Assembly: GCA_965198225.1 (NCBI GenBank)
Contig: CBDAOY010000007.1
Coordinates: forward strand, 448,001 to 512,000
Length of the DNA: 64,000 nucleotides
Reading direction: 5' to 3'
From: Terriglobia bacterium
GTDB taxonomy: Bacteria > Acidobacteriota > Terriglobia > 20CM-2-55-15
A program made the position numbers and the translations under genes. The notes beneath the pieces are model-generated. The model had not been told where the DNA came from. It did no database searches and worked only from the letters and a program-made list of their open reading frames with translations. Positions 28,150 through 37,127 of this stretch are shown here, piece after piece (the stretch's first letter is position 1; every line of letters begins with the position of its first letter).

Positions 28150-29070
28150 ATGTGGGCCTTCCTGATCCAACGCCTGGTGCTGACGCTTCCGGTGGTCTGG
28201 ATCGTGGTTACGATGGTCTTTGCCCTCATCCACCTGGTGCCGGGCGATCCGGTCGCCCAGATGCTCGGCGAGGGAGCCTCGGTGACCGAGGTTGAGCGGA
28301 TGCGGCACGAACTGGGTCTGGACCGGCCGGTCCTGGATCAGTACTTCTCCTATATGGCGGGACTGGCGCGGGGCGATCTTGGGGTGTCGTTCCGTAACCA
28401 GGAGCCCGTTGTGTCGTCGATCGCCCGACGATATCCCGCCACGATGCAGTTGGCGGTGGCGGCGATCTTCTTCTCGCTTTCGATCGCGATACCGTTAGGC
28501 ATCATCGCTGCGGTCCGCCGGGGCAGAATCGCGGACCAATCCATCGGGCTCTTTACCCTCCTGGGCGTGTCCCTCCCGAACTTCGCGTTGGGTCCGCTGC
28601 TCATCCTTTTCTTTTCGATCTTCCTCGGTTGGTTGCCCGTTTCGGGCCGCGAGAGCCTGGCGCACCTGATCCTGCCGGCGGTGACGATGGGTGGGGCGAT
28701 GGCCGCGATCACAACGCGGATGGTGCGATCGTCGATGCTGGAGGAAATCCACCAGGACTACGTCCGGACCGCCCGAGCCAAGGGGCTGGCTGAACGCACG
28801 ATCATGTTCCGGCACGCGCTGCGGAACGGGATGATACCGATCCTGACGGTGATGGGGTTGCAGTTTGGAACCTTACTGGCCGGTGCCATTATCACCGAGA
28901 CGATCTTCGCCTGGCCGGGCCTGGGCCGGCTGACCGTCCAGGCTATCAACGCTCGCGACTACCCGCTCGTTCAGGGATGCATCCTGACGATCGCCATGAC
29001 CTACATCATCGTGAACCTGCTGACGGACCTCTTCTACTCGGTCGTCGATCCCCGGATCCGCTATGAGTGA
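28150..29070 (+). CDS. Peptide/nickel ABC transporter permease (DppB/OppB family)
   Basis: LVPGDP, GDLGVS, RSSMLEE..DYVRTARAKG, ETIFAWPGLG. Confidence 0.95.
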   Translation: MWAFLIQRLVLTLPVVWIVVTMVFALIHLVPGDPVAQMLGEGASVTEVERMRHELGLDRPVLDQYFSYMAGLARGDLGVSFRNQEPVVSSIARRYPATMQLAVAAIFFSLSIAIPLGIIAAVRRGRIADQSIGLFTLLGVSLPNFALGPLLILFFSIFLGWLPVSGRESLAHLILPAVTMGGAMAAITTRMVRSSMLEEIHQDYVRTARAKGLAERTIMFRHALRNGMIPILTVMGLQFGTLLAGAIITETIFAWPGLGRLTVQAINARDYPLVQGCILTIAMTYIIVNLLTDLFYSVVDPRIRYE

Positions 29071-29917
29071 ATTTCTCCTCAAGAATCGGCTGGCGTTCGG
29101 TGGCCTGATCATCGTGTCGATATTGACGGCAGTGGCTCTGCTGGCGCCGTGGCTCGTGATCCACGATCCGTCCGCCCAGGAACTGTCGGACCGGCTGTCG
29201 AGCCCCTCCTGGGAACATCCTTTCGGGACCGACGAACTCGGCCGGGACATCCTGTCGCGCGTGATGATGGGAACGCGAGTGAGCATGAGGGTCGGCGCGA
29301 CCGTCGTGTTGTTTTCGGGTCTGATCGGGGTCCTCATCGGAGGAGCTGCCGGCTTTATCGGTGGCCGTTTCGACACGGTGATCACCGTGATCGTGATCAA
29401 TTCGCTAATGGCCTTTCCCGGAATCCTGCTGGCGATCGCTCTGGTTGCGTTCCTGGGGCCGGGCTTGAACAAGTTGATCCTCGCCCTGACCATCATCGGG
29501 TGGGTGGGGTATGCGCGACTCGCGCGCGGGCAGGTCCTCAAAGTGAAGACGCTAGACTTCGTCGAAGCCGCCCACGCCATGGGTGCAACGAAGGTACGCG
29601 TCTTCCTCCTGCATGTCCTGCCGAACATCATACAACCTGTGCTGGTGCAGGCGAGCATCGGGATGGCGGTGGTGATCCTGGCCGAAGCGTCCCTGAGTTT
29701 CCTGGGCCTGGGAATCACCCCTCCGACGCCGAGTTGGGGCTCGATGCTCAATTCCGCACGCAACCACCTTTTCGACGCCCCGCACATGGTGGTTTTCCCG
29801 GCCATCGTCCTGATGGCAACGGTTCTGTCGTTCAACTTCCTGGGGGACGCCATTCGGGACTGGCTGGACCCCAAATCCTACTCCCCCGGTCACACCCGCG
29901 ACATTTCGGCTTCTTGA
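29063..29917 (+). CDS. Peptide/nickel ABC transporter permease (DppC/OppC family)
   Basis: HPFGTDELGRD, FVEAA, HVLPN, EASLSFLGLG, SWG, FNFLGD; overlaps the upstream stop codon. Confidence 0.95.
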   Translation: MSEFLLKNRLAFGGLIIVSILTAVALLAPWLVIHDPSAQELSDRLSSPSWEHPFGTDELGRDILSRVMMGTRVSMRVGATVVLFSGLIGVLIGGAAGFIGGRFDTVITVIVINSLMAFPGILLAIALVAFLGPGLNKLILALTIIGWVGYARLARGQVLKVKTLDFVEAAHAMGATKVRVFLLHVLPNIIQPVLVQASIGMAVVILAEASLSFLGLGITPPTPSWGSMLNSARNHLFDAPHMVVFPAIVLMATVLSFNFLGDAIRDWLDPKSYSPGHTRDISAS

Positions 29918-29925
29918 AAGATTTT

Positions 29926-30061
29926 TTCAACACGAAGGCACGAAGGACACGAAGTCTTTGCTGTCAGGGATTAGGTTTCGGCCCTGGCACAACCGGAGGT
30001 CTAGCTGGGAAAGACCAGGAAGCTTCGTAGAACTTCGTTCGCTTCGTGTCTTCGTGTTGAA
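29926..30061. repeat. Inverted pair of short CACGAAG tandem arrays between convergent genes
   Basis: TTCAACACGAAGGCACGAAGGACACGAAGT ... ACTTCGTTCGCTTCGTGTCTTCGTGTTGAA. Confidence 0.7.
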
Positions 30062-30068
30062 AGACTTC

Positions 30069-30335
30069 TTACGTACCGGTGGCGAGGAATTGTTTGCGGC
30101 AGTCTTCCGAGCAGAAGTGGAATACCTCGGAACCGCGGTTGGTGCTGATGGATTGACCCTGGGTGACGTAGGTCCCGCAGATCGGGTCCTTGACGAGTTT
30201 GCCTGATCGAGTGGGGCCTGCTCGGGGGTCCGAGGCGGTCTTTTTCGGTGTCGACGGCGAAAAGAGTGCTCTCAGTGTCGATAGCGCGACCAGCACGAGG
30301 CCGAAGACGATCATGACGCGGATGAGGAATCGCAT
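30069..30335 (-). CDS. Small membrane-anchored YHS/TRASH domain protein
   Basis: N-terminal TM segment; KDPICG...HFCSEDC. Confidence 0.85.
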   Translation of the reverse strand: MRFLIRVMIVFGLVLVALSTLRALFSPSTPKKTASDPRAGPTRSGKLVKDPICGTYVTQGQSISTNRGSEVFHFCSEDCRKQFLATGT

Positions 30336-30347
30336 AGCTTCTCCGCT

Positions 30348-30947
30348 CTAGGACCCCGGGTTGCTCGTCCCAGCCAGCCTGCCGCGCAGCGTTCCGAGTC
30401 CCGGATAGTTGGGATCGATGCTTTCGATGCGACGGATCGTCTTCTCGGCCGCTACAACATCGTCCAGCGATTCCAACTGCGCGATGGCGACGTTGTGCAG
30501 CGCGAGCACGTTGCCGGGATCGGATTCGAGTGCCCGTTCGTAGTTTGCCATCGCCTCGTCGACACGGCCGAGGTTGTAGAGAGCGGTGCCCATGTCGGTT
30601 CGAACGACAGGGTCGTCCGGGGTATCTTCGAGGGCCAGTCGGTACATGTCGACCGCTTCGCCGTACCGTCTCAGGTTGAAGAGGAAGTTTCCGTAGCGGG
30701 TCTTCAGTTCAGCGTTGTTCGGGTTTTCCGAGAGCGCCTGATCGAAGAGGGCGAGCATTTCCTCGTCCGTGACCTCCGAGTGGTCCGCCGATGCGGCCGC
30801 CAGGGACTCGGTCAGTTGCGCTGCCTCGGCGCTCCGGCGGGATTCGCTCTGATAGGTACCGTACACGTAAGCCGTCGCCGACCCCAGGATGAGGCCGAGC
30901 AGAGCAACGTGGACGCTTCTCGCGTTGAACATGCGTCTCAGATACAA
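30348..30947 (-). CDS. TPR protein with N-terminal membrane anchor
   Basis: TPR patterns (YGNFLFNLRRYGEA, MGTALYNLGRVDEA); start could be 30932. Confidence 0.82.
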   Translation of the reverse strand: MYLRRMFNARSVHVALLGLILGSATAYVYGTYQSESRRSAEAAQLTESLAAASADHSEVTDEEMLALFDQALSENPNNAELKTRYGNFLFNLRRYGEAVDMYRLALEDTPDDPVVRTDMGTALYNLGRVDEAMANYERALESDPGNVLALHNVAIAQLESLDDVVAAEKTIRRIESIDPNYPGLGTLRGRLAGTSNPGS

Positions 30948-30948
30948 A

Positions 30949-30977
30949 GAGAGGGTCGGACTCCCCGACCCTCTCTG
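30949..30977 (-). terminator. Hairpin, probable intrinsic terminator
   Basis: GAGAGGGTCGG-loop-CCGACCCTCTC downstream of the 31006 stop codon. Confidence 0.55.
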
Positions 30978-31005
30978 ATCAGACGGCCCTGTGGGCAGGT
31001 ACGGA

Positions 31006-31968
31006 TTAGATTCCGCCCGCGGCTGCGATCAGCTGTCGCGCCGCTTCGGCGTTTATGCTGTCAGGCGCCATCTCGAGGTACTTCTGGAGGACCGGGATCG
31101 CTTCTTTCATCGTATCGGATGAGCCGAAGTACGAGATACCGAGCTGGTAGTAGGCTTCGGCGTTTTCAGGATCGAATTCGATCGCCTTCTTGAACGCTTC
31201 CACCGCTGCCGCGGTCCGACCGGTGTTGGTCATTACAGCGCCCAGGTTGTAGTAGGCCTGGCCGGCCGAAGTCGGGTTCAGCTCGGCGGTTTTCTCCAGC
31301 GCTGCGATCGCCTCCTCGGTTTTTCCGGCGTTACCGAGAACGATTCCAAGGTTGTTGTAGTACCCCGCCTCCATCGGCGCCAGGATTATCGCGTTGCGGT
31401 AGCTTGCGGCGGCCTCGTCGTACTGCCGGGCGCCCGAATAGGCGTCCGCCAGGTTGGCGTGGATCACGTGCTGCGAATCATCGCTGTCGATCGCGAGCTT
31501 CAACTGAGTGATCGCTTCCTGGTAATTCTCCGCGTCCAGGGCTACCCGGCCCAGGTCGAAAGCGCCCCGTGCGGCCTCCGCCTTGGCCCGAGCAGCGGCG
31601 GCGGCTTTCGCTTCTTCAGTGTCCGCGAACGAATCGGCCAGAGCTTTCAGGTCGAAGTCGGCGATGGACGGTTCGCCGAGGCGAACGCGAAGGCCGTTGA
31701 TGTACTGCACAGCCCGACCTTCGATCTCGAGCGTGATGCGGTAGGTTCCGCTCGGCAGCCCGGCATGGAAGAACTTACCGTTGTCACCGGTCTCGGTTTC
31801 GAAGTGCTGGGTGATATCCTGTCGGTCTATCAGGATCTTCGCTCCCTCTAAAGGCGCACCGTCGATGTCGAGCACTGTTCCTTCCATGGCTCCGGTCTGC
31901 GCGAGGGCGGGAGCCGAAAAGGCCAGAAGAAGCCCAATCAGTGGCAGCAGCCTGCTGGTGATTCTCAT
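31006..31968 (-). CDS. Secreted carboxypeptidase-regulatory-like domain + TPR protein
   Basis: GGAGG RBS, signal peptide (ALAQTG), GTVLD..GAPLEGA, GLPSGTYRI, several TPRs. Confidence 0.85.
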   Translation of the reverse strand: MRITSRLLPLIGLLLAFSAPALAQTGAMEGTVLDIDGAPLEGAKILIDRQDITQHFETETGDNGKFFHAGLPSGTYRITLEIEGRAVQYINGLRVRLGEPSIADFDLKALADSFADTEEAKAAAAARAKAEAARGAFDLGRVALDAENYQEAITQLKLAIDSDDSQHVIHANLADAYSGARQYDEAAASYRNAIILAPMEAGYYNNLGIVLGNAGKTEEAIAALEKTAELNPTSAGQAYYNLGAVMTNTGRTAAAVEAFKKAIEFDPENAEAYYQLGISYFGSSDTMKEAIPVLQKYLEMAPDSINAEAARQLIAAAGGI

Positions 31969-31984
31969 CGTTGTCCTCCGTCTC

Positions 31985-32695
31985 TCAAACTTTCGCATAC
32001 TGGGGTCTTTCCTCATACGCAATCGGATCGATCAGGTCGGCCTCTGCGAACGCCCGCAATCGCAACGCGCAACTGTCACAGGTGCCGCAGGCCGAGCCCT
32101 CCGTTCGGTAGCACGACCACGTCAACTGAAACGGCGCTCCGAGATCGGAACCCTTCCGGACGATCTGCGATTTTCGCAACTCGATGAGAGGGGTTTCGAC
32201 GACGATTCGCGTCGACGGCCGTGTTCCTTCATCGATCAGCCTGTTCAGTGCCTTGTAGTACTCGGGCCGACAATCGGGATAGCCCGAACTGTCTTCCCAC
32301 ACGGCACCAATGAAGATCCTTTCCGCCCCGATCACCTCGGCCCATGAGGTCGCGATCGAGAGGAAGTGAGTGTTTCGGAAAGGTACATAAGTATTTGGAA
32401 TATCACTCCTGTCGAGATCCTGCTCCGGAACCGTGATCCCGGGGTCCGTCAGCGACGATCCCCCGATCGCCTCGAAGTAAGGCAGATCGACTACGAGTCG
32501 ATCTGCGACTTCGAAAAAATCCGCCTGGGCACTGAATGCGTCCAACTCACGTTGTTGGGTCCGTTGACCGTACTTGGCGTGGAGCCCGAAGAGCTGGTAC
32601 TCCAGTCGGGCGATCGCCGCGGTCACACAACTATCCACCCCGCCGCTCATCAGGACCACGGCCCCGGGTTTACCGGATGGATTTCGACTCGTCAC
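31985..32695 (-). CDS. queC: 7-cyano-7-deazaguanine synthase
   Basis: SGGVDS, YGQR, TYVPFRN, GYPDCR, TWSCY..CGTCDSC. Confidence 0.96.
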   Translation of the reverse strand: MTSRNPSGKPGAVVLMSGGVDSCVTAAIARLEYQLFGLHAKYGQRTQQRELDAFSAQADFFEVADRLVVDLPYFEAIGGSSLTDPGITVPEQDLDRSDIPNTYVPFRNTHFLSIATSWAEVIGAERIFIGAVWEDSSGYPDCRPEYYKALNRLIDEGTRPSTRIVVETPLIELRKSQIVRKGSDLGAPFQLTWSCYRTEGSACGTCDSCALRLRAFAEADLIDPIAYEERPQYAKV

Positions 32696-32792
32696 AAGGT
32701 GTCCGGTCCGACTCTTTCAGTTTATTTTCCGGGATGTCTAAAGTCAAAGCAATGTTATAGCTGTAAAGCACTTCAGGGGTTTGGTTTAGGTA

Positions 32793-33482
32793 CTATGTGC
32801 CGGGGGAGTCCGGGCCCCAGATGTGCTTGTGGACCTGCAGCTGGAGCCGAACGTCTATCCCATCGGCGAGGATCCACCGCGCAAGCTCCACCGCCTCCAT
32901 CACGTCATGGACCGGTGAGAACAGGACGGTCTGTGGGCGTGAGGCCAGGTATTGCCGGTAGAAGCGGAGGGACCATTCATAATCATCGCGTGAGGAGATG
33001 ACGAATTTGAATTCATCCCGGTGCTGAACCTGCGCCAGGTTTTCCATTCGGAACGTCCCACCTTCGCCGCTGCCGGGGCACTTCACGTCGACGATCTTGA
33101 TTACCTCATCGGGCACCGGGTCCAGGGGGACGTGCCCGCCGGTTTCGATCATGACGGTGTAGCCCTCTCCGATCAATCTTTCCATCAGCGGGATCGCTGC
33201 TTCCTGTTCCAGCGGTTCGCCCCCGGTGATCTCCACGAGTCGCGTCGGGTAGGAAGCCACGGAGCTCAGAACCTCATCCACCGTCATGGTCCGGCCGCCG
33301 AAGTAGGCGTACTTCGTGTCGCAGTAGCCGCAGCGCAGCGAGCACCCGGTCAGTCGGACGAAGACGCAGGGCTTGCCGGCGTGAGTCGACTCTCCCTGGA
33401 GGGAGTGGAAGATCTCGGTTATCTGGAGCGACGCTGGCGTCGTCTTCCCGGTCTCGGAGCGTCCCATCTCTCTAGCTTTCAT
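32793..33482 (-). CDS. queE: 7-carboxy-7-deazaguanine synthase (radical SAM)
   Basis: EIFHSLQGES, FVRLTGCSLRCGYCDT, ITGGEP, LQVHK; adjacent to queC. Confidence 0.93.
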   Translation of the reverse strand: MKAREMGRSETGKTTPASLQITEIFHSLQGESTHAGKPCVFVRLTGCSLRCGYCDTKYAYFGGRTMTVDEVLSSVASYPTRLVEITGGEPLEQEAAIPLMERLIGEGYTVMIETGGHVPLDPVPDEVIKIVDVKCPGSGEGGTFRMENLAQVQHRDEFKFVISSRDDYEWSLRFYRQYLASRPQTVLFSPVHDVMEAVELARWILADGIDVRLQLQVHKHIWGPDSPGT

Positions 33483-35349
33483 GCGCCACCATGAAGTCCT
33501 TGAGGTCTTCTACGTGTTCGACCAGGGCATAGTCGGGAAGACTGGACAGGAACAGTCTTCCGTAACCCCGCGTTCGAATCCGGCTGTCGAGCACAGCCAG
33601 TATGCCTCGATCGGTGCGTGAGCGGATAAGACGGCCGAAGCCCTGCTTCAGTCGCAGGATCGCGGCCGGTACCTGGTAGTCGGAGAACGGGTTCCCCCCT
33701 TCCTGCTCGATTTCCCGCATGCGTGCCGCAACCAGCGGATCTGACGGCACCTGAAAGGGCAGCTTGTCGATGATCACGCAGCTGAGGGCCTCGCCCTTCA
33801 CGTCGATCCCCTGCCAGAAGCTGGATGTCGCGAACAGCACCGCATGGGGTTTCCTGCGGAATTGCTCCAGCAACCGGCTTCGGCTGGTGCGACCCTGTTT
33901 CAGCGTCGGGTAGGGGAGTTCATCCTTGAGTATCTTGTAGCATGCGTCCATCTGCTGGTAACTGGTAAACAGGACGAAGGCGCGTCCGTCCGAGGCCTCG
34001 AGAATCTTCCGGATCTCTTCCGCGGCCTGGGGAAGATAGCTCGGACTCCGGTAATCGGGCAGGAAAGCGGGAACGTAGAGCGCGGCCTGTTTCTGGAAGT
34101 CGAACTCCGTCGACAGGGTTTCACCCGGCGCATTCTCGAGCCCGAGGCGTCGCCGGATATATTCGGTCGATCCACCCACTGTCAGCGTTGCCGAAGTCAA
34201 CACACAGGTGGGCACTTTATCGAACAGGGCTTCCTTCAGTAGAGGCGATACATCGATCGGGCAGGCCTCCAGGAACACGCCGCGGCCCCGGCGGTCCAGC
34301 CACGAGACATAGTTGTCCGGGTTTCCGTTCTTGAAGATCTCGAGTTCGCTCGCGATCTCGCCGGCTCGCCGGGCCAGGTTTTCCCATTCACCGCCCAGGT
34401 CCAACTGTTGCTTGCACGCGCGTCTCAGGTCGAGCAATTCATCGATCAGATCATCGATACCCTCCAGCTCCGGCAAGGGGTGGCGCCCGTCGCGGAGCAG
34501 AAGGAAGCGACCGAAGAAATGATCCGAGGCGCGTCCGAGCGCGGATGCTTCGCCCTCGATCGAGAGTTCGGTCTCTTCAGCAAGCGAGCGCGTGTCGAAG
34601 AGCATTTCCTGGATCCGGTAGTTGCTGACGTGGAACCCGAAGTATCCCGTGGCGATGTCTTCCAGCTCGTGGGCCTCGTCGAAGATCACCGCGGTGTAGT
34701 CGGGGAGTATCTGCGCCATCTCGGCTACGCGGATGGCGAGATCTGCGAAGAACAGGTGGTGGTTCACGACGACGATGTCCGACTCCATGGCCTTCTGACG
34801 GACGAGCGTCAGAAAGCAGCTTTCGAACTCCTCGCATTTCGTTCCCAGGCAACGGTCCCGCCGGGCGTCGAGTCGCGACCAGAGTTCGTCGTCGTCGGCT
34901 ATGGTGGGGAGCTCCGCCCGGTCCCCGGTCTCGGTCCGGGTGGCCCATTCGGCGATTTGAGAGAAGTTGTCCAGTTCCAGGGGCGTAAACAAGCCTTCCT
35001 CCTGGAACGTATGGAGCTTCAGCTTGCAAAGGTAGTTGTTCCGCCCTTTGAGGTAGGCGGCGCGAATCGGGCGGTCCAGAATCCTTTCGAGGAGGGGGAT
35101 GTCCTTGTAGAAAATCTGGTCCTGCAGCGCCTTCGTCCCTGTAGATACCAGAAGCCGCCGGCCGTGCATCAGGGCGGGCGCGAGGTATGCAAGCGTCTTA
35201 CCCGTACCCGTGCCGGCCTCGATGATGGCGTGAGTTCCTCCCTTGAGTGCCTCGGCGACGACGTCCGCCATGCGGATCTGCGATGGGCGCGATTCGTAGC
35301 CTTCCAGCTTCTCGGACAGGAGTCCGTCGTCGGAAAAGAAGTCTTTCAT
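33472..35349 (-). CDS. DinG/YoaA family ATP-dependent Fe-S DNA helicase
   Basis: EAGTGTGKT, LKGRNNYLC, DEAH, SAT, GIDVKG, QGFGRLIR. Confidence 0.93.
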   Translation of the reverse strand: MKDFFSDDGLLSEKLEGYESRPSQIRMADVVAEALKGGTHAIIEAGTGTGKTLAYLAPALMHGRRLLVSTGTKALQDQIFYKDIPLLERILDRPIRAAYLKGRNNYLCKLKLHTFQEEGLFTPLELDNFSQIAEWATRTETGDRAELPTIADDDELWSRLDARRDRCLGTKCEEFESCFLTLVRQKAMESDIVVVNHHLFFADLAIRVAEMAQILPDYTAVIFDEAHELEDIATGYFGFHVSNYRIQEMLFDTRSLAEETELSIEGEASALGRASDHFFGRFLLLRDGRHPLPELEGIDDLIDELLDLRRACKQQLDLGGEWENLARRAGEIASELEIFKNGNPDNYVSWLDRRGRGVFLEACPIDVSPLLKEALFDKVPTCVLTSATLTVGGSTEYIRRRLGLENAPGETLSTEFDFQKQAALYVPAFLPDYRSPSYLPQAAEEIRKILEASDGRAFVLFTSYQQMDACYKILKDELPYPTLKQGRTSRSRLLEQFRRKPHAVLFATSSFWQGIDVKGEALSCVIIDKLPFQVPSDPLVAARMREIEQEGGNPFSDYQVPAAILRLKQGFGRLIRSRTDRGILAVLDSRIRTRGYGRLFLSSLPDYALVEHVEDLKDFMVAHES

Positions 35350-35412
35350 GCGGGTTTATTGAACCGATCGCAGGGCACAAAACCGGTCCCAACGCTAAGT
35401 GTATATTGAAGA

Positions 35413-35578
35413 AGTAGTCAGTAGTCAGTGCGGCCCGGGCCTGGAACCGACTCCGACGCCCAACTCCGACTCCCGACTCCCCTCCTTGGACAAGGAGGGG
35501 AGGATGCGCCAGAAGGCGCAGACGGGGTGGTTCGATAACGCCCGGGTGGATGCGCCGGAGGCGCAGACGGGGTGGTTT
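35413..35578. repeat. Composite intergenic repeat: AGTAGTC heptamers, CCCCTCCTT/AAGGAGGGG palindrome and two GGATGCGCC..GGCGCAGACGGGGTGGTT modules
   Basis: Matches 24823-24915 and, inverted, 21392-21462. Confidence 0.75.
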
Positions 35579-35633
35579 GTTGTCATCATCAGCACCCCTT
35601 TTGGGTTGGCCGCTTCCACGTCATTTATCAGTC

Positions 35634-36275
35634 ATGATCACGATTCATCCGGATCTCGCCGGCGCGGTCAAGCTGGGCATCCTACAGGCTGATGACGTCC
35701 GGGTGGGAGAAACGCCCGGGCATCTGAGGCAGCTGTTGATCGACCTTGCCGCCGAGTGCAGGAACAAGTACGAGGGGGTTCCGCCGGCGAAGGTCGAGGC
35801 TATTCGCGCTGTCCGTCAACTGTTTCATCACACCGGTCTGGACCCGACACGTTACCGCCCATCCTCGGAAGCACTGTTCCGTCGGGCGGTACGGGGCAAG
35901 GAGTTGTATTTCATCAACACGGCGGTCGATCTGATCAACTATTATTCGCTGAAATTGATGGTTCCGATGGGACTCTTTGACGCCGATCGCGTTTCGCCGC
36001 CCATCGAATTCCGCATCGGGAGGGAGGGCGAGACCTACGAGGGGATTGGTCGAGGGAAGCTGAACCTATATCATTTTCCTTTGTTGTCCGACCGGGAGGG
36101 TCCGTTCGGAAGCCCGATCTCCGATTCCGTGCGAACCCGGGTCCATGAAGGTACCGGCAAACTCCTGTGGCTGGTTATCGTTCCCCCGAACGGCGAGGTT
36201 CCGCTCGATGATCTGGCCGAGGCGGCTGTGGTGTGGAACGGGGGCAAGGTGACGACCCGATTGGTGATCGGCTGA
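35634..36275 (+). CDS. Stand-alone B3/B4 domain protein (PheRS beta editing-domain like)
   Basis: GLDPTRYRPSSEALFRR, INTAVDLINYYSL, GLFDAD, GPFGSP.SDS.RT. Confidence 0.88.
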   Translation: MITIHPDLAGAVKLGILQADDVRVGETPGHLRQLLIDLAAECRNKYEGVPPAKVEAIRAVRQLFHHTGLDPTRYRPSSEALFRRAVRGKELYFINTAVDLINYYSLKLMVPMGLFDADRVSPPIEFRIGREGETYEGIGRGKLNLYHFPLLSDREGPFGSPISDSVRTRVHEGTGKLLWLVIVPPNGEVPLDDLAEAAVVWNGGKVTTRLVIG

Positions 36276-36304
36276 GCTCGAACGAAAGGACCCGCACAAA
36301 ACAG

Positions 36305-36739
36305 ATGCTGCGCATTCCGAAACCGTTGATCGAACAGGTTCACGCCCACATGGAAGAGACCTATCCTCACGAAGCCTGCGGGCTGATAATCGGTATGATG
36401 GGGAAGGAGAAAGTCGTCCAGGCCTTTCGTGCGTGCACGAACCTGAACAAAGAGCGAGCGGAAGACCGGTACGAACTCGATCCGAAAGACATGCTTCTTG
36501 CGCAGCGAGAGTTCGAGAATGGTCCGTGGGACATCATCGGAATCTATCACTCCCATCCCGACCACCCGTCCAGGCCGTCTCAATTCGATACCGACCACGC
36601 CTGGCCCGGCTATTCCTACATCATCGCCTCGGTCGAGAAGGGCAGCGTTGCGAAAATGCAGAGCTGGGAGCTCAACGAGACGGAAGGCGCATTCCGCGAA
36701 GAAACAGTAGAGATCGAAGGAGAGGAGTCATCGAAATGA
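36305..36739 (+). CDS. JAMM/MPN+ (M67) metallopeptidase
   Basis: YPHEACG and YHSHPDHPSRPSQFD (E..HxHx7Sx2D). Confidence 0.93.
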   Translation: MLRIPKPLIEQVHAHMEETYPHEACGLIIGMMGKEKVVQAFRACTNLNKERAEDRYELDPKDMLLAQREFENGPWDIIGIYHSHPDHPSRPSQFDTDHAWPGYSYIIASVEKGSVAKMQSWELNETEGAFREETVEIEGEESSK

Positions 36740-37020
36740 GTGTGAGTGTGAAGATCCCGACACCGCTTCGGACGTTGACGGATGGTCAGGCGGAGGTGCC
36801 GGTCGAGGCGGCAACCGTCCAGGAGGCGTTGCAGAAGCTGGGTGCCGAGTTCGGGGGTTTCGGTGAGAAGGTGCTGGACGAGGATGGTCAGCTCCGCCGT
36901 TTCATCAACATTTACGTCAACGAGGACAACATCAAGGATCGGGACGACCTGGCGACCGCAATCGGCCCCGGGGATACGATTTCGATATTGCCTTCGATTG
37001 CCGGTGGGGCGGGGAAGTAG
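36736..37020 (+). CDS. MoaD/ThiS/CysO-like ubiquitin-fold sulfur carrier with C-terminal extension (GG-AGK)
   Basis: GAGGAG RBS, ATGA overlap with the JAMM stop; VKIPTPLR, LRRFINIYVN, ILPSIAGG-AGK. Confidence 0.92.
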   Translation: MSVSVKIPTPLRTLTDGQAEVPVEAATVQEALQKLGAEFGGFGEKVLDEDGQLRRFINIYVNEDNIKDRDDLATAIGPGDTISILPSIAGGAGK

Positions 37021-37026
37021 CCAGTA

Positions 37027-37097
37027 GTGTAGGTGCGGTCTATGACCGCACATTTCTGGGGATGCCGATGTTGTGCGCTCATAGAGCGCACCTACAC
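37027..37097. repeat. REPIN-like doublet
   Basis: Same arms as 7798-7867, different spacer. Confidence 0.85.
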
Positions 37098-37127
37098 CCG
37101 ACCTCCGCATCCCGTTAAGGTTCCACC

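Noticed and set aside
32696-32792. preQ1 riboswitch near queC/queE, or a deazaguanine DNA-modification (dpd) island
   Set aside because: No recognisable aptamer; no dpdA/tgt-like gene; the context is housekeeping.
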